Assembly: GCA_963832205.1 (NCBI GenBank)
Contig: CAWHTK010000009.1
Coordinates: forward strand, 13,056 to 77,055
Reading direction: 5' to 3'
Length of the DNA stretch: 64,000 bases
Source: Blastocatellia bacterium
GTDB lineage: Bacteria; Acidobacteriota; Blastocatellia; UBA7656
Shown here: piece after piece, positions 10,324-20,163 of the stretch
Layout: every line of letters starts with the position of its first letter
Position numbering within the stretch: position 1 is the stretch's first letter
The notes under the pieces: generated by a model
Seen by the model: the letters and a program-made list of their open reading frames with translations, nothing else
What the model was told of the DNA's origin: nothing
Databases searched by the model: none
Made by a program: the position numbers and the translations under genes

Positions 10324-10466
10324 GCCCCGTAGGGCGAGATGTATATAGAAACTATCGCGTTTAGCAGTAGAGCTCCGTCAGGAGCGAGATGTTTACATTT
10401 CGCCCCTCTGGGGCTCAGGAATTTATCAACACCTCGTCTTCTATATACATTTCGTCCCTACGGGAC
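10324..10466. repeat. nested palindromic element made of four copies of a ~27-nt unit (small GC hairpin + GA(G/A)ATGT(A/T)TA...)
   Basis: U1 is GCCCCGTAGGGC-GAGATGTATATAGAA (10324-10350). U2 is GCTCCGTCAGGAGC-GAGATGTTTACAT (10372-10398). U3 is inverted: ACATTTC-GCCCCTCTGGGGC (10395-10414). U4 is inverted: TTCTATATACATTTC-GTCCCTACGGGAC (10439-10466). U1/U4 and U2/U3 form nested inverted repeats. Confidence 0.8.
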
Positions 10467-10505
10467 TCTCCTGGACATAACTTCTTGTGCAAGGCCGCTA
10501 TTTTC

Positions 10506-11396
10506 ATGCTAAACATTAATTTAACGATGGAAGAGGCAATAAAACAAACGAGCGATCCGCCCGCATTCGAGATGCGCGAGCGGGAGGTTGATACGCCGTC
10601 GGGCAGGGCGCGAATCTCTTATCTGGTATGCGCGCCGCTTGAGCGGGCGGGCTTTACGAATGCGTTCAGCACGCGGGCGGGCGGCATAAGCCCTATGCCG
10701 GTTGACGCGCTCAATCTCGCATACTTCAAAGGTGACGATGAGAAAAACGTCGCCGAAAACCGCCGGCGTTTTCTCGAAGCCATGGGAACCAGCACGGCCA
10801 CAATCGTCACCGCCCGGCAGACGCATTCGGTCGAGCGTTGCGTCATAGAGACCACGGAGCAGGCGCGCGGGCCGCAAAATAACTGTGACGCTTTAATCAC
10901 CGGGGTCGAAAACGTTTTGCTTGCCATTCAGACCGCCGATTGTTTGCCGGTGCTGATCGCCGATACGAAAAGCAATGTCGTGGCCGCGATCCACGCGGGC
11001 TGGCGCGGGACCGCCGGTCGCATAACCGAGCGCACCCTTGCCGACCTTATGCTCCGGCACGGGGTCAACCCGCGTTCTTGCATAGCCGCGCTCGGGCCCT
11101 CGGCCTGCGCCGGCTGCTATGAAGTCGGGAAAGACGTGATCGAAAAATTTAAGAAAGAGTTCGGCTACTGGCGCAAGCTGTTTGTGAATTTCAAGGAAGG
11201 CGGCAAAGCGCACCTCGACGTGCGCGCGGCCAACATCCAGCAGTTAGCATTTTGCGGCTTTAGCGAAGACCGCATCCACGTGGCCGATTACTGCACGATC
11301 CATCAAAACGAGCTTTTCTTTTCCTACCGCCGCGAAGGGCGCTCTCAGCCTGACGGCACGGGCCGTTTGCTTTCCGTAATCGGCCGGGCCGTATAA
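10506..11396 (+). CDS. pgeF: peptidoglycan editing factor PgeF (YfiH/DUF152, polyphenol-oxidase-like)
   Basis: FSTRAGGIS, NLAY, ARQTHS, CDALIT, LAIQTADCLPVL, AAIHAGWRGT, and GP.ACAGCYEVG. The start is uncertain (ATG 10506 or 10527). The 10389 start of the track ORF lies inside the repeat element. Confidence 0.85.
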   Translation: MLNINLTMEEAIKQTSDPPAFEMREREVDTPSGRARISYLVCAPLERAGFTNAFSTRAGGISPMPVDALNLAYFKGDDEKNVAENRRRFLEAMGTSTATIVTARQTHSVERCVIETTEQARGPQNNCDALITGVENVLLAIQTADCLPVLIADTKSNVVAAIHAGWRGTAGRITERTLADLMLRHGVNPRSCIAALGPSACAGCYEVGKDVIEKFKKEFGYWRKLFVNFKEGGKAHLDVRAANIQQLAFCGFSEDRIHVADYCTIHQNELFFSYRREGRSQPDGTGRLLSVIGRAV

Positions 11397-11412
11397 AGCC
11401 GCGGCGCCAGTC

Positions 11413-12462
11413 TTATTTGCCCGCCTTGGGCGCAAAATAGCCGCGGCGGTGGCGCACGTTCAGGTCCTTGCGATTCTTCACCTTCACCTGTATCACGCGG
11501 AACGACTCATCCTGCGCGGTGTTCGACGGCTCGTACGACAGGGTGTATTGCGCGCGCATGTCTTCGTCTATCTGCGCGAACGCCCTGTCGAGGTCTTCGC
11601 CGCCGCGCGGAAAGAATGCCCGGCCGCCGGTCTCTGATGCCATCTTCTTCAGCGACCCGTCGTTGACGCCGCCATACATGAAATCACCTATGCCGATGCA
11701 GTAGATTATTATCTCGCTGCGCCACGTCCTCTCGATGGCCTCGCGCATCTTGACCCGGCTCGAAGTATCAATTCCGTCGGTGATCAATATGATCACGCGG
11801 CGGCCCGCTTCGCGTCGCAGCAGTTCGCCCGACACGGCATAGACAGAATCGTATATGGCCGTCGAGCCGGCGCCCGAGTTATTGATCGGCGGCGTGCCGC
11901 CCACCCCGCCCGCCGAAGCCGCGCGAGCGGGCACGCGGACTTCGCTGAGCGCGCTGTGCAGCTTTTCGACATCCGAAGTCAGGTCTTGCACGAGGACCGA
12001 CTCGTGCTCGAAGGTGACGACCGCGCCAAGGTCTTTTTTCGGCCTCAGCACCTGGCGAAAGAACTTCTGCCCGGCCGCTATCTCGTAAGGCAGCGTCTCG
12101 GACTGGCTGCCCGATATGTCTATGAGCATCGCGACCGTGATGGGAAGGTCCGTCTGCCGCTCAAAAGAGAAGACCTGCTGCGGCTTGTCGTCTTCAAAGA
12201 CTTCGATGTCATCTTTAGTCAGGTCGGTGATGTACTTGTTCTTCTTATCGGTGACGTTGAGCGGCACCGTGACAAGCTGAGTGCTGATCTTGATAACATC
12301 ATCCTGATCATCCTGCTGCCGGGCGGGCTTCTCCGCGCTCTTCTTCTGCGCGGGCGGCTCGGGCGGCAAGGGCTCCTGCGCGAAACCGATTGGCGTAATT
12401 GGCGAGGCCATCAGGGCAAACGCCAGAAGTACTGCGACTGTATTAGATTTAAGAAACTTCAT
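11413..12462 (-). CDS. VWA domain protein, VWFA-related acidobacterial type (paralog 1)
   Basis: Signal peptide, low-complexity linker, then VFEDDKPQQVFSFE, MIDISGS (MIDAS DxSxS), ILITDGIDTSS, IIIYCIGIG, ETGGRAFFP, and MRAQYTLSYEP...FRVIQVKV. Confidence 0.85.
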   Translation of the reverse strand: MKFLKSNTVAVLLAFALMASPITPIGFAQEPLPPEPPAQKKSAEKPARQQDDQDDVIKISTQLVTVPLNVTDKKNKYITDLTKDDIEVFEDDKPQQVFSFERQTDLPITVAMLIDISGSQSETLPYEIAAGQKFFRQVLRPKKDLGAVVTFEHESVLVQDLTSDVEKLHSALSEVRVPARAASAGGVGGTPPINNSGAGSTAIYDSVYAVSGELLRREAGRRVIILITDGIDTSSRVKMREAIERTWRSEIIIYCIGIGDFMYGGVNDGSLKKMASETGGRAFFPRGGEDLDRAFAQIDEDMRAQYTLSYEPSNTAQDESFRVIQVKVKNRKDLNVRHRRGYFAPKAGK

Positions 12463-13541
12463 TTGTTCACTTCTTCCGTAGCCGCGTAGTAGCCGCGGCG
12501 ATGAATTAAGCGCGCGTTCGGTCGTCCGTTGACACGCACTTCTATGCGCCGAAATCGCCCGTCGCGCGCCGTGTTGGCGGGCGCGTATGCCACAAGGTAT
12601 TGGCTGCGCAGCTCGCCTTCTATCTGACGAAAATGGTGCAGCAGGTCGTCCGCGCCGTGCGGGAAGTATGCGCGCCCGCCGGTCTCTTCGCTCATCCGGC
12701 GCAGCACGTCTTCGCGCACGCCTTCAAACCTGAAGCGGTCGCCTATCCCGACCGCATAGATCACTACGCCCGCGCGCCACGCCCGGTCAATCGCCTCGTC
12801 GAGCTTGCGACTGCTCGCGTTATCGACGCCGTCGGTGAGCAGTATTATCGCGCGGCGCGTCGCGGCGTCTTCCGATGCCGTGCGGTGCGCGTCGCGCCCC
12901 AGCACTTCGTCGGCCGTGATATAGAGCGCGTCGTAGAGCGCCGTCGCCTGCCGCCGGGTAGTGGCGGCCCCGAAGCGGCGCGAATACTGTATCTCGTCGA
13001 AGGCGCGGTTGAGCGTCTCGACGCGCGACGTGAGTCCCTGCACAAGGTCTACGTCGTCCTGAAACGTGAGTATCGCGGCCGAGTCCTTGTTGGGCCGCAG
13101 GATCGAGCGCAGGAATTCGCCGGCCGCCAGCTTCTCTTGCGGGAAGGTGTATTCCTGGCTGCCCGACAGATCCATGAGGATCGCGATGTTTATCGGCAGA
13201 GTCGCCTCGCGCTTGAAGGTGAAGACCTGCTGCGGCTCGCCGTCTTCGAGCACCACGACCTCTTCCTGGCGGACGTCGCTTATGATGCGGTTGTTCTGAT
13301 CGACCGCGGTGAACATCACGTTGACGAGGTCGGTGCCGAGCCGCACTAGCTCGTCGCCTTCCATTACCTCATCACCCTTGTCCTGCGACTTCTGGTCGGG
13401 CTTGGCTTTCGGCTGCGCGGCCGAGCGCGAGGGCGACTGTGGCGCGGGCTTCGGGCGCTGCGCCACGGCGGTCGAGACGAGAAAAACCATCAATGATGCG
13501 AACACAACGGCGACTTTCTTACGCATATTGCCCCCAAACAT
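12459..13541 (-). CDS. VWA domain protein, VWFA-related acidobacterial type (paralog 2)
   Basis: Same architecture: VLEDGEPQQVFTFK, LMDLSGS, ILLTDGVDNASS, VVIYAVGIG, ETGGRAYFP, LRSQYLVAYAP...FRRIEVRV. The stop overlaps the start of paralog 1 by 4 nt. Confidence 0.85.
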   Translation of the reverse strand: MFGGNMRKKVAVVFASLMVFLVSTAVAQRPKPAPQSPSRSAAQPKAKPDQKSQDKGDEVMEGDELVRLGTDLVNVMFTAVDQNNRIISDVRQEEVVVLEDGEPQQVFTFKREATLPINIAILMDLSGSQEYTFPQEKLAAGEFLRSILRPNKDSAAILTFQDDVDLVQGLTSRVETLNRAFDEIQYSRRFGAATTRRQATALYDALYITADEVLGRDAHRTASEDAATRRAIILLTDGVDNASSRKLDEAIDRAWRAGVVIYAVGIGDRFRFEGVREDVLRRMSEETGGRAYFPHGADDLLHHFRQIEGELRSQYLVAYAPANTARDGRFRRIEVRVNGRPNARLIHRRGYYAATEEVNK

Positions 13542-13608
13542 TTCGATGAGCGAAGAGTGCTATACGGTAATTGCGGGGCCCGGCTCTACCGTTTCGCAGT
13601 CAATACGC

Positions 13609-14559
13609 TTAGTTTGTGTATCCCTGCTTATGATGCACGCGCCCGTCGGCGTTGACGAGCTTTACTTTGATCTGGCGCGGCTTGCCCGTCTTGTCCTGGT
13701 TTTCGGGCCTGTAGAATACTACGTATTCCATCCTCAAGTCTTGCGCCACCTGGGTGAAGGACTTAAAAAGCTCCGCCTTCTCTGACGGCAAAAAGACCTG
13801 GCCGCCCGTGGCCTCGCACAGCTTGCGCAGCTCCTTGTCATCTTCGTTTTCGACCATGCCCGATGTGATGCCTTTGAAATTCTTCGTGCTGATGCCGAAG
13901 ACGGTCACGTCGTGGCGCTGGGCCATATCGATAGTCTCTTTAAGCGAGCGCTCGCTCGCCGTGTCCTCCCCATCCGAAAGCACGACGATCACGCGGCGAG
14001 CGTCGCTGCCGCTGATGCCGGCAAGCTTCTCTTCGATGACCCGGCAGACGGCGTCGCGCATGCGCGTGTAGCCGCCGGCCTTGAGCTTGCGCAGCGCGGC
14101 GATGAGTGGCTGCTGATTGTCGGTGAAATCCTGGTGAAGGCTTACCTCCGAATCAAACGACGCCAGCAGCACTTTATCCTTGCGGCGGAAGGTTGTGACC
14201 GTGGCAATGAAGTCCTCGCCCGCGTCTTTCAAGAACGGCATCTTGAGCTTTACGCTGTTGCTCGTATCGACGAGCATCGCTATGGTGAGGGGCAACTGGC
14301 TCGGAGATTTAAAGTCCTCGATCTTCTGCCGCTTGCCATCCTCATAAACCTCGAAGTTGCCGACCGTCAGCCCGGTGACGAACTTGTCTTTATTCTTGAC
14401 CGATATGGGCAGCCTGACTTCAAGAGTGCCGATGCCTTTTATCTGATCGTCCTGCTCCGGCTGCTGGGCCGGGCGGGCGGGCCGCTGGGCCAGCACGGAT
14501 GACCCGATCAACAGAATTATGGCTAATGCTTGAATGGCTACTGTACGCGCGTGTTTCAT
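13609..14559 (-). CDS. VWA domain protein, VWFA-related acidobacterial type (paralog 3)
   Basis: Same architecture: VYEDGKRQKIEDFK, LVDTSNS, VVLSDGEDTAS, VTVFGIST, ATGGQVFLP, LRMEYVVFYRP...PRQIKVKL. Confidence 0.85.
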   Translation of the reverse strand: MKHARTVAIQALAIILLIGSSVLAQRPARPAQQPEQDDQIKGIGTLEVRLPISVKNKDKFVTGLTVGNFEVYEDGKRQKIEDFKSPSQLPLTIAMLVDTSNSVKLKMPFLKDAGEDFIATVTTFRRKDKVLLASFDSEVSLHQDFTDNQQPLIAALRKLKAGGYTRMRDAVCRVIEEKLAGISGSDARRVIVVLSDGEDTASERSLKETIDMAQRHDVTVFGISTKNFKGITSGMVENEDDKELRKLCEATGGQVFLPSEKAELFKSFTQVAQDLRMEYVVFYRPENQDKTGKPRQIKVKLVNADGRVHHKQGYTN

Positions 14560-14668
14560 TGTACTAAGAGGATCCTCCGACTACTTGGGTCTGATGCACA
14601 GGGAGTTCGTTTACGATGCTTTGGCCAAGCAGAATTATAACAGTTGTCGGGGGTCAGGCGACAGGGAT

Positions 14669-14717
14669 CAGGGTCTTTGAAATTTCAGATTTGAGATTTC
14701 AAATTCCAGATACCCTG
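14669..14717. repeat. heptad/palindromic AT-rich element, family B copy (between VWA operon start and rluD end)
   Basis: Arms CAGGGTCT (14669-14676) / AGATACCCTG (14708-14717) flank TTTGAAATTTCAGATTTGAGATTTCAAATTC. The core contains TTTGAGATTTCAAAT (14/15 match to the family 15-mer). Preceded by tandem CAGGGAT-CAGGGTC heptads. Confidence 0.75.
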
Positions 14718-14721
14718 CCGC

Positions 14722-15675
14722 CTAGTCCCCGATCTTCCCGAGAAAACCGGTCAGGTCGGGCGGGAGCGGCGAGCTGAACTCGACCCGCTCGCCGGTGCGC
14801 GGGTGGACGAATCCCAGTTGCGCCGCGTGCAGGAATTGGCGGCCCAGGGCGCGAACCTGTTGCTTTGCGTAAGTGTCGCGGACCGTGTTCTCGCGCCCGC
14901 CGCCGTAAGTCGTGTCGCCGACCACCGGATGGCCGATATGCGCCATGTGTACGCGTATCTGATGCGTGCGGCCCGTCTTGATCAGCACCTTGACGAGAGT
15001 GAATTCCGTGTAGCGGTCCTCGACCTCAAATATCGTATGCGCCGCGCGGCCCGCGCCTCCTCGCATGACCGCCATGCGCGTGCGGTTATGCGGGCTGCGG
15101 CCTATGCGCGCTTCGATCTCGCCGCGCGCCTGCGACATGCGGCCGTAAACGAGCGCGACGTACATCTTAAAGACCTGCCGGTCTCGGAACTGGTCCGACA
15201 GCTTCTCGTGCGCCGCGTCGTTTTTGGCCACCACGAGCAGGCCCGACGTCTCTTTATCTATGCGGTGGACGATTCCCGGCCTTATGCGCCCGGCCGTGCC
15301 GGAAAGCTTATTGAAATGATATACGAGCGCGTTGGCGAGCGTCCCCGACTCGATCCCCGCGCCCGGATGCACGACCAGCCCGGCCGGCTTATCGACGACG
15401 ATAAGGTCGTCATCTTCGTGGATGATTCTTATGGGTATCGCATCGGGATGAAGCTCGGTGGGGGGCGGTTCGGGCAGGTCAATCTCGACGGTGTCGCCGG
15501 GCCTCAAGCGATAGCTCGGCTTGACCGCTCGCTCGTTTACCAGCACGTCGCCGTCTTCTATGGCCCGCTGTATGCGCGTGCGGCTGATCTGGTCGAGGCG
15601 CGAGGCGAGAAACGAATCAAGGCGCGGGCCCGCGGCCTGGTCGTCGATAGTAATGAGTTGAGCCTCGATGCTCAC
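14722..15675 (-). CDS. rluD: 23S rRNA pseudouridine synthase, RluD/RluA family
   Basis: N-terminal S4 domain (RLDSFLA...VLVNERAVKPSYRLRPGDTVEI), catalytic HRIDKETSGLLVVAK, and GRTHQIRVHM. Confidence 0.9.
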   Translation of the reverse strand: MSIEAQLITIDDQAAGPRLDSFLASRLDQISRTRIQRAIEDGDVLVNERAVKPSYRLRPGDTVEIDLPEPPPTELHPDAIPIRIIHEDDDLIVVDKPAGLVVHPGAGIESGTLANALVYHFNKLSGTAGRIRPGIVHRIDKETSGLLVVAKNDAAHEKLSDQFRDRQVFKMYVALVYGRMSQARGEIEARIGRSPHNRTRMAVMRGGAGRAAHTIFEVEDRYTEFTLVKVLIKTGRTHQIRVHMAHIGHPVVGDTTYGGGRENTVRDTYAKQQVRALGRQFLHAAQLGFVHPRTGERVEFSSPLPPDLTGFLGKIGD

Positions 15676-15684
15676 TTGTGAGGA

Positions 15685-16581
15685 TCAGGATTCGGGATTG
15701 AGCACGCGCGAGTTAGCGAGGGGCTCCTGGTCTCTCACGCCCGACTCCTCGCCGGCCGCGCCGCTGCGGCGCCAGAAGTATAGCGTGAGCACAAAGCCGA
15801 CCAGAAACATGATGATTGATATGAACTGCGAAGTTGAAAGCATCAGAACCTGCCCGCGCGGGTCGTCGCGCCAAAACTCTATTATGAAGCGCGCCGCGCC
15901 GTAGAGCATAAGGTATGCGTATATGACCTGCCCCTCGAACCTGCGCCGCTTTCTCAGCCACAGCAGTATGAAGAATATTCCAAGGTTTATGACTGCCTCG
16001 ATGAACTGGGTCGGCACAAGATAGACGGGGTCGTTATAGGAGCCGGCGATCTGCCCTTCCGCGTAATCGCCGACTTTGACGGGGACGCCGGTAAGCTCCC
16101 TGGCCCTCTCGGTGAAATTAACGCCGAGCCACGCGGAAGTAGGCTTGCCCCAGCAGCAGCCCGCCGCAAAGCAGCCCAATCGGCCTATCGCGTGCCCTAA
16201 GGCTATGCCGGGCGCGAACGCGTCGGAGGTGAGCCGCCAGGGGAGCTTCCACCTGCGCATCAGGAATATGCTGACTATAAGCGCGACGACCAGCCCGCCG
16301 TAAAAGACCCCGCCCGAGCGCAAAAAGTCGAACGAAAGAACGCGCTCGAGGTTGCCGCCCGCGTCGTTCCATTCGGTGATGACCATCAGCAGCTTCGCGC
16401 CGATGAGCGAAGAGGCGAGTATGTAGAGCCCCAGGTCGTATATCCTCGCCTTTGGCAATCCGTCGCGCGCGGCAAGCTGCGCCGTCATCCACAGCGCCAT
16501 CATAAAGCCGAGGGCCAGCAGCACGCCGTAGGTGGCAATCGGTATGTCGAGGCCAGGTATGCGAAACAGCTCAGGAAACAT
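15685..16581 (-). CDS. lgt: prolipoprotein diacylglyceryl transferase
   Basis: MFPELFRIPG...IATYGVLLALGF, FYGGLV, GRLGCF.AGCCWGKP, and a multi-TM profile. Confidence 0.9.
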   Translation of the reverse strand: MFPELFRIPGLDIPIATYGVLLALGFMMALWMTAQLAARDGLPKARIYDLGLYILASSLIGAKLLMVITEWNDAGGNLERVLSFDFLRSGGVFYGGLVVALIVSIFLMRRWKLPWRLTSDAFAPGIALGHAIGRLGCFAAGCCWGKPTSAWLGVNFTERARELTGVPVKVGDYAEGQIAGSYNDPVYLVPTQFIEAVINLGIFFILLWLRKRRRFEGQVIYAYLMLYGAARFIIEFWRDDPRGQVLMLSTSQFISIIMFLVGFVLTLYFWRRSGAAGEESGVRDQEPLANSRVLNPES

Positions 16582-16635
16582 TAATACTCCAAGCAGTCAT
16601 TATAGACCGGTATGCCAACGGGCTCTCGATCCTGG

Positions 16636-17193
16636 TTACTCCTGACCGCTTTCAATTTTGGGTGATTCATCGCCTTCGGAGGCGGTCTGCTGACCGGCCT
16701 GCGGCGAGATAAAAAGCTCGATGGCCATCAGCGCCGCCCCTATCGTTATGGCCGTATCCGCTATGTTAAAGACGGGCCAATCGTGCGTCTTGTAATATAA
16801 CAATAAAAAGTCTATCACACGCCCAAGTCGAATGCGATCTATGAGGTTGCCGGTGATGCCCGCGGCGAGGAAGGCAAGCGACCAGAGCAGAAGCTTGTTG
16901 CTCGGCGGCGTGCGCATCATGTAATAGATGACGACTATTATGGCAACCAGCGAGATTGCGACAAGCACCCATCGCATGTCGCCGCTGTTTAGCATGCCGA
17001 ATGCTATGCCGGGGTTCTCCGTGTAGCTCAGCTTGAACAATCCCGGTATCAAGTCTTTGCCTTCGTCGCCCTCCTGAAACGTGACCGATACCCAGTACTT
17101 GGTGATCTGGTCGAGCGCAAGCAAGATTGCGGTCACTACCAGATACCGCATCTTGCCGGCGCTTGTGTTAATGCTTATAGCTTCAGAACTCAT
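16636..17193 (-). CDS. lspA: lipoprotein signal peptidase II
   Basis: ALDQITKYWV, ENPGIAFG, GNLIDR...G.VIDF, and VFNIADTAI. The ATG (complement 17191-17193) overlaps the ileS TGA by one base. Confidence 0.9.
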   Translation of the reverse strand: MSSEAISINTSAGKMRYLVVTAILLALDQITKYWVSVTFQEGDEGKDLIPGLFKLSYTENPGIAFGMLNSGDMRWVLVAISLVAIIVVIYYMMRTPPSNKLLLWSLAFLAAGITGNLIDRIRLGRVIDFLLLYYKTHDWPVFNIADTAITIGAALMAIELFISPQAGQQTASEGDESPKIESGQE

Positions 17194-20163
17194 CAGCCTA
17201 TCAGACCTCCCCAGCCTTCCTCGACCTGGCGTACGCACCTTTCGTCGAGCGTCGGGAAGCGCGCGTCTCGGCCCACGGTTTCCGACCAGTTCCAGCACCG
17301 CTCGCACTTCTGCCCCGGCGCGCGCGCGACTTCAACCCGCAGCCCGTCGCCTTCGGCCCGTTCGAGCGTGACGCCGGAGACGATCAGTATAGAGGGCAGA
17401 TGCTCTTCATATCGCTTTAGCAGATCGAACAGCTCGCCGCCCGCGGCAAGCTTTACGGTTGCTTCGAGCGACGCGCCGATCACTTTTTCGTTCCGCTTCT
17501 CTTCGAGCGCCTTCTGCACGTCGGCGCGCGCGTCGAAGAGTCGCTGCCAAACGGCGAGCAACTCTCTGTCCTTGATCGCTCGCCGCGGGTTCCGGGAATT
17601 CCGCTATGTGGACCGACGCCGGGCGCTCTCCGGGAAGGTTCTCCCACACCTCGTCGGCGGTGAAGGCGAGCACCGGCGCCAGCAGCCGCGCGAAACGGTC
17701 TACTATCTCATAAAGCGCCGTCTGCGCGCTGCGACGGCCCGCGCTCTTCGGCGCGAAAGTGTAGAGGCGGTCTTTGAGTATATCGAAATAGACCGCCGAC
17801 AGCGTCACCGTCGCGTACTGATAAAGCGTGTGATAGACGGCCGTGTATTCAAACCTTTTGTACGCCTCGACCACCTTGCGCGTTACCTCGTCTGTCGCCG
17901 CAAGCGCCCAGCGGTCTATCTCCCACATATCGGCCGGGTCCACGCGGTCGCGCGCGGGGTCGAAATCGGATATGTTGCCGAGCCCGTAGCGGGCGGTGTT
18001 GCGCAGCTTGCGGTAGGCGTCCACCAGCCGCTTGAGTATCTCGTCCGACAGCCGCATGTCTTCCTGATAGTCGGACGACGCGACCCAGAGCCGCAATATC
18101 TCCGCGCCCATCTTGTCGACGATCTCGTTGGGCGAGATGGCGTTGCCGAGCGACTTGTGCATCGCCTTGCCCTCGCCGTCTACGGTCCACCCGTGCGTGA
18201 GGACGGTCTTGTAAGGCGCAATGTCGTGCGCGGCAAGCCCGACCATCAGCGAAGAGTTGAACCACCCGCGATACTGGTCAGGCCCTTCGAGATAAACGTC
18301 GGCCGGCCACGGCAGATGGCGCTCGCGTTCGAGCACCGCTATCGAAGACGACCCCGAGTCGAACCACACGTCGAGTATGTCCGTCTCTTTAGTAAAGCTC
18401 GCCCCGCCGCAATCGGGGCAGGTGAATCCTTCCGGCAGCAGCCTGGCGGCATCTCGCTCGTACCATGCGTCGGCCGTCTCCTTCTCAAAAACGGAGGCGA
18501 CGTGCTCGATTATCTGCTCGTCGGCTATTGCCTGGTTGCAGCCCGCGCAGTAGAAAGCGGGGATCGGCACGCCCCACAGTCTCTGGCGCGACACGCACCA
18601 GTCGGGCCGGGTCGTAAACATGTTGCGCATGCGCTCGCGGCCCCAGGCCGGTATCCACTCTACGCGCTCGATCTCGCGAAGCGCGCCCGCGCGCAGAGAG
18701 TCGCCCCGCTCATTGTGGCGGTCCATCGATATGAACCACTGCGGGGTGGCGCGAAATATTACCGGGTTGTGACACCGCCAGCAGTGCGGGTAGCGATGCC
18801 CATAATCTTCGGTGAAGGCGAGCGCGCCCGTCTCTCGCAAAAAGTTGACTATCGGCCGGTTGGCCTCAAAGACCGTCTGGCCGCCGAATCGCTCTACCTC
18901 TTTCGTAAAGCGGCCCGCGTTATCGACCGGGCAATAGACTTCCATCCCTTCGGCCTGCCCCGCGAGCGCCCCGCGCTCCCTGAGCCGCGAATAGATCGGC
19001 GCGAGTTCTTCGCGATACTGTTGCCCTATTATGAAGTCGTCGTGCCCGTGCCCGGGCGCGGTATGCACGCACCCGGTCCCGGCCTTGCCCGTCCCCTTTT
19101 TCTGCGCGTCGGCCACGTCGAGTTCCGTCTCGGCGTCCGCCTCGCCGCCGAGCGTGACGTGCTCGCCGATCATAAGCAGCGACGGGCGGTCGATCCACGC
19201 ATGACGCGCATAAAGTTTGTCGAGCAGCGAGCCCGAAAATTTAGCGAGCACGCTCGGCTCTCCAAGCCCGCATTTTTCCGCGACCGAGGCCACCAGCTCG
19301 TGCGCGACTATGTATATCTCGTCGCCCACATCTATCGCCGCGTAATCGTAATTCGGGTTCACCGATATGCCGAGGTTTGCCGGGAGCGTCCAGGGCGTCG
19401 TCGTCCAGATGAGCACGAAGACGGGCTTTCCGGCCCGCGAGATCGAATCCTTGCCCGCGCGCGTTTCAAGCTCCCGCACCTGATCTTCCGGCAAAGGAAA
19501 CTTCACATAGATCGAAGGGCTCGTGTGCTCCTTGTATTCGACCTCGGCCTCCGCAAGCGCCGTCTGGTCGTGTATGCACCAGTAGACGGGCCTCAGCCCT
19601 TTATAGACGAAGCCGCGCCCGACGAATCGGCCGAAGAGCCGGGCGGTCTCCGCCTCGTAGGTCTTCGACATCGTGAGGTACGGGTCGTCCCAATCGCCGA
19701 GCACGCCGAGGCGCGAGAAATCGCGCGTCTGGCTCTTCAAGGTTTCGGCCGCATGCTCGCGGCACGCGCGGCGAAACGAGACGGCGGGCAGGTCCGCCTT
19801 GCTCTTACCCTTTTTTCTGAGCTTCTCCTCCACCTTGTTTTCAATCGGCAGACCGTGGCAGTCGTACCCGGGCACGTAAGGCGCGTCATAGCCCATCATC
19901 GCGCGGGACTTCACGACGAAATCTTTGAGTATCTTGTTCATCGCCGTCCCGATGTGTATATCGGAGTTGGCGTAAGGCGGCCCGTCGTGCAGAACGAACA
20001 TGGCGCGCCCCTCGCGCGCGCGCCGAATCAGCCCGTACAGGTCCATCTCGCGCCAGCGCGCCAGGCGCTGGGGCTCGCGTTCGGTGAGGTTCGCCTTCTG
20101 CGCAAAGTTCGTCTTCGGCAGGTTTACGGTGCCCTTCAAATCAAATGGCTTTTCGCTAGACAT
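17193..20163 (-). pseudogene. ileS: isoleucyl-tRNA synthetase; one frameshift near the C-terminal Zn-finger domain as sequenced
   Basis: ATG at 20163 after AAGGAAG. HIGH-type motif PPYANSDIHIGTA and KMSKS-type motif KMHKSLGN. ORF 17407..20187 loses frame near 17570. The C-terminus (LLAVWQRLFDARADV...CERCWNW...RC) continues in ORF 17193..17561. Confidence 0.9.

Noticed and set aside
12600-14502. Long + strand ORFs 12600..13349 and 13912..14502
   Set aside because: They are antisense to VWA paralogs 2 and 3. They have no motifs or SD sequences, and their codon bias follows the minus-strand genes.
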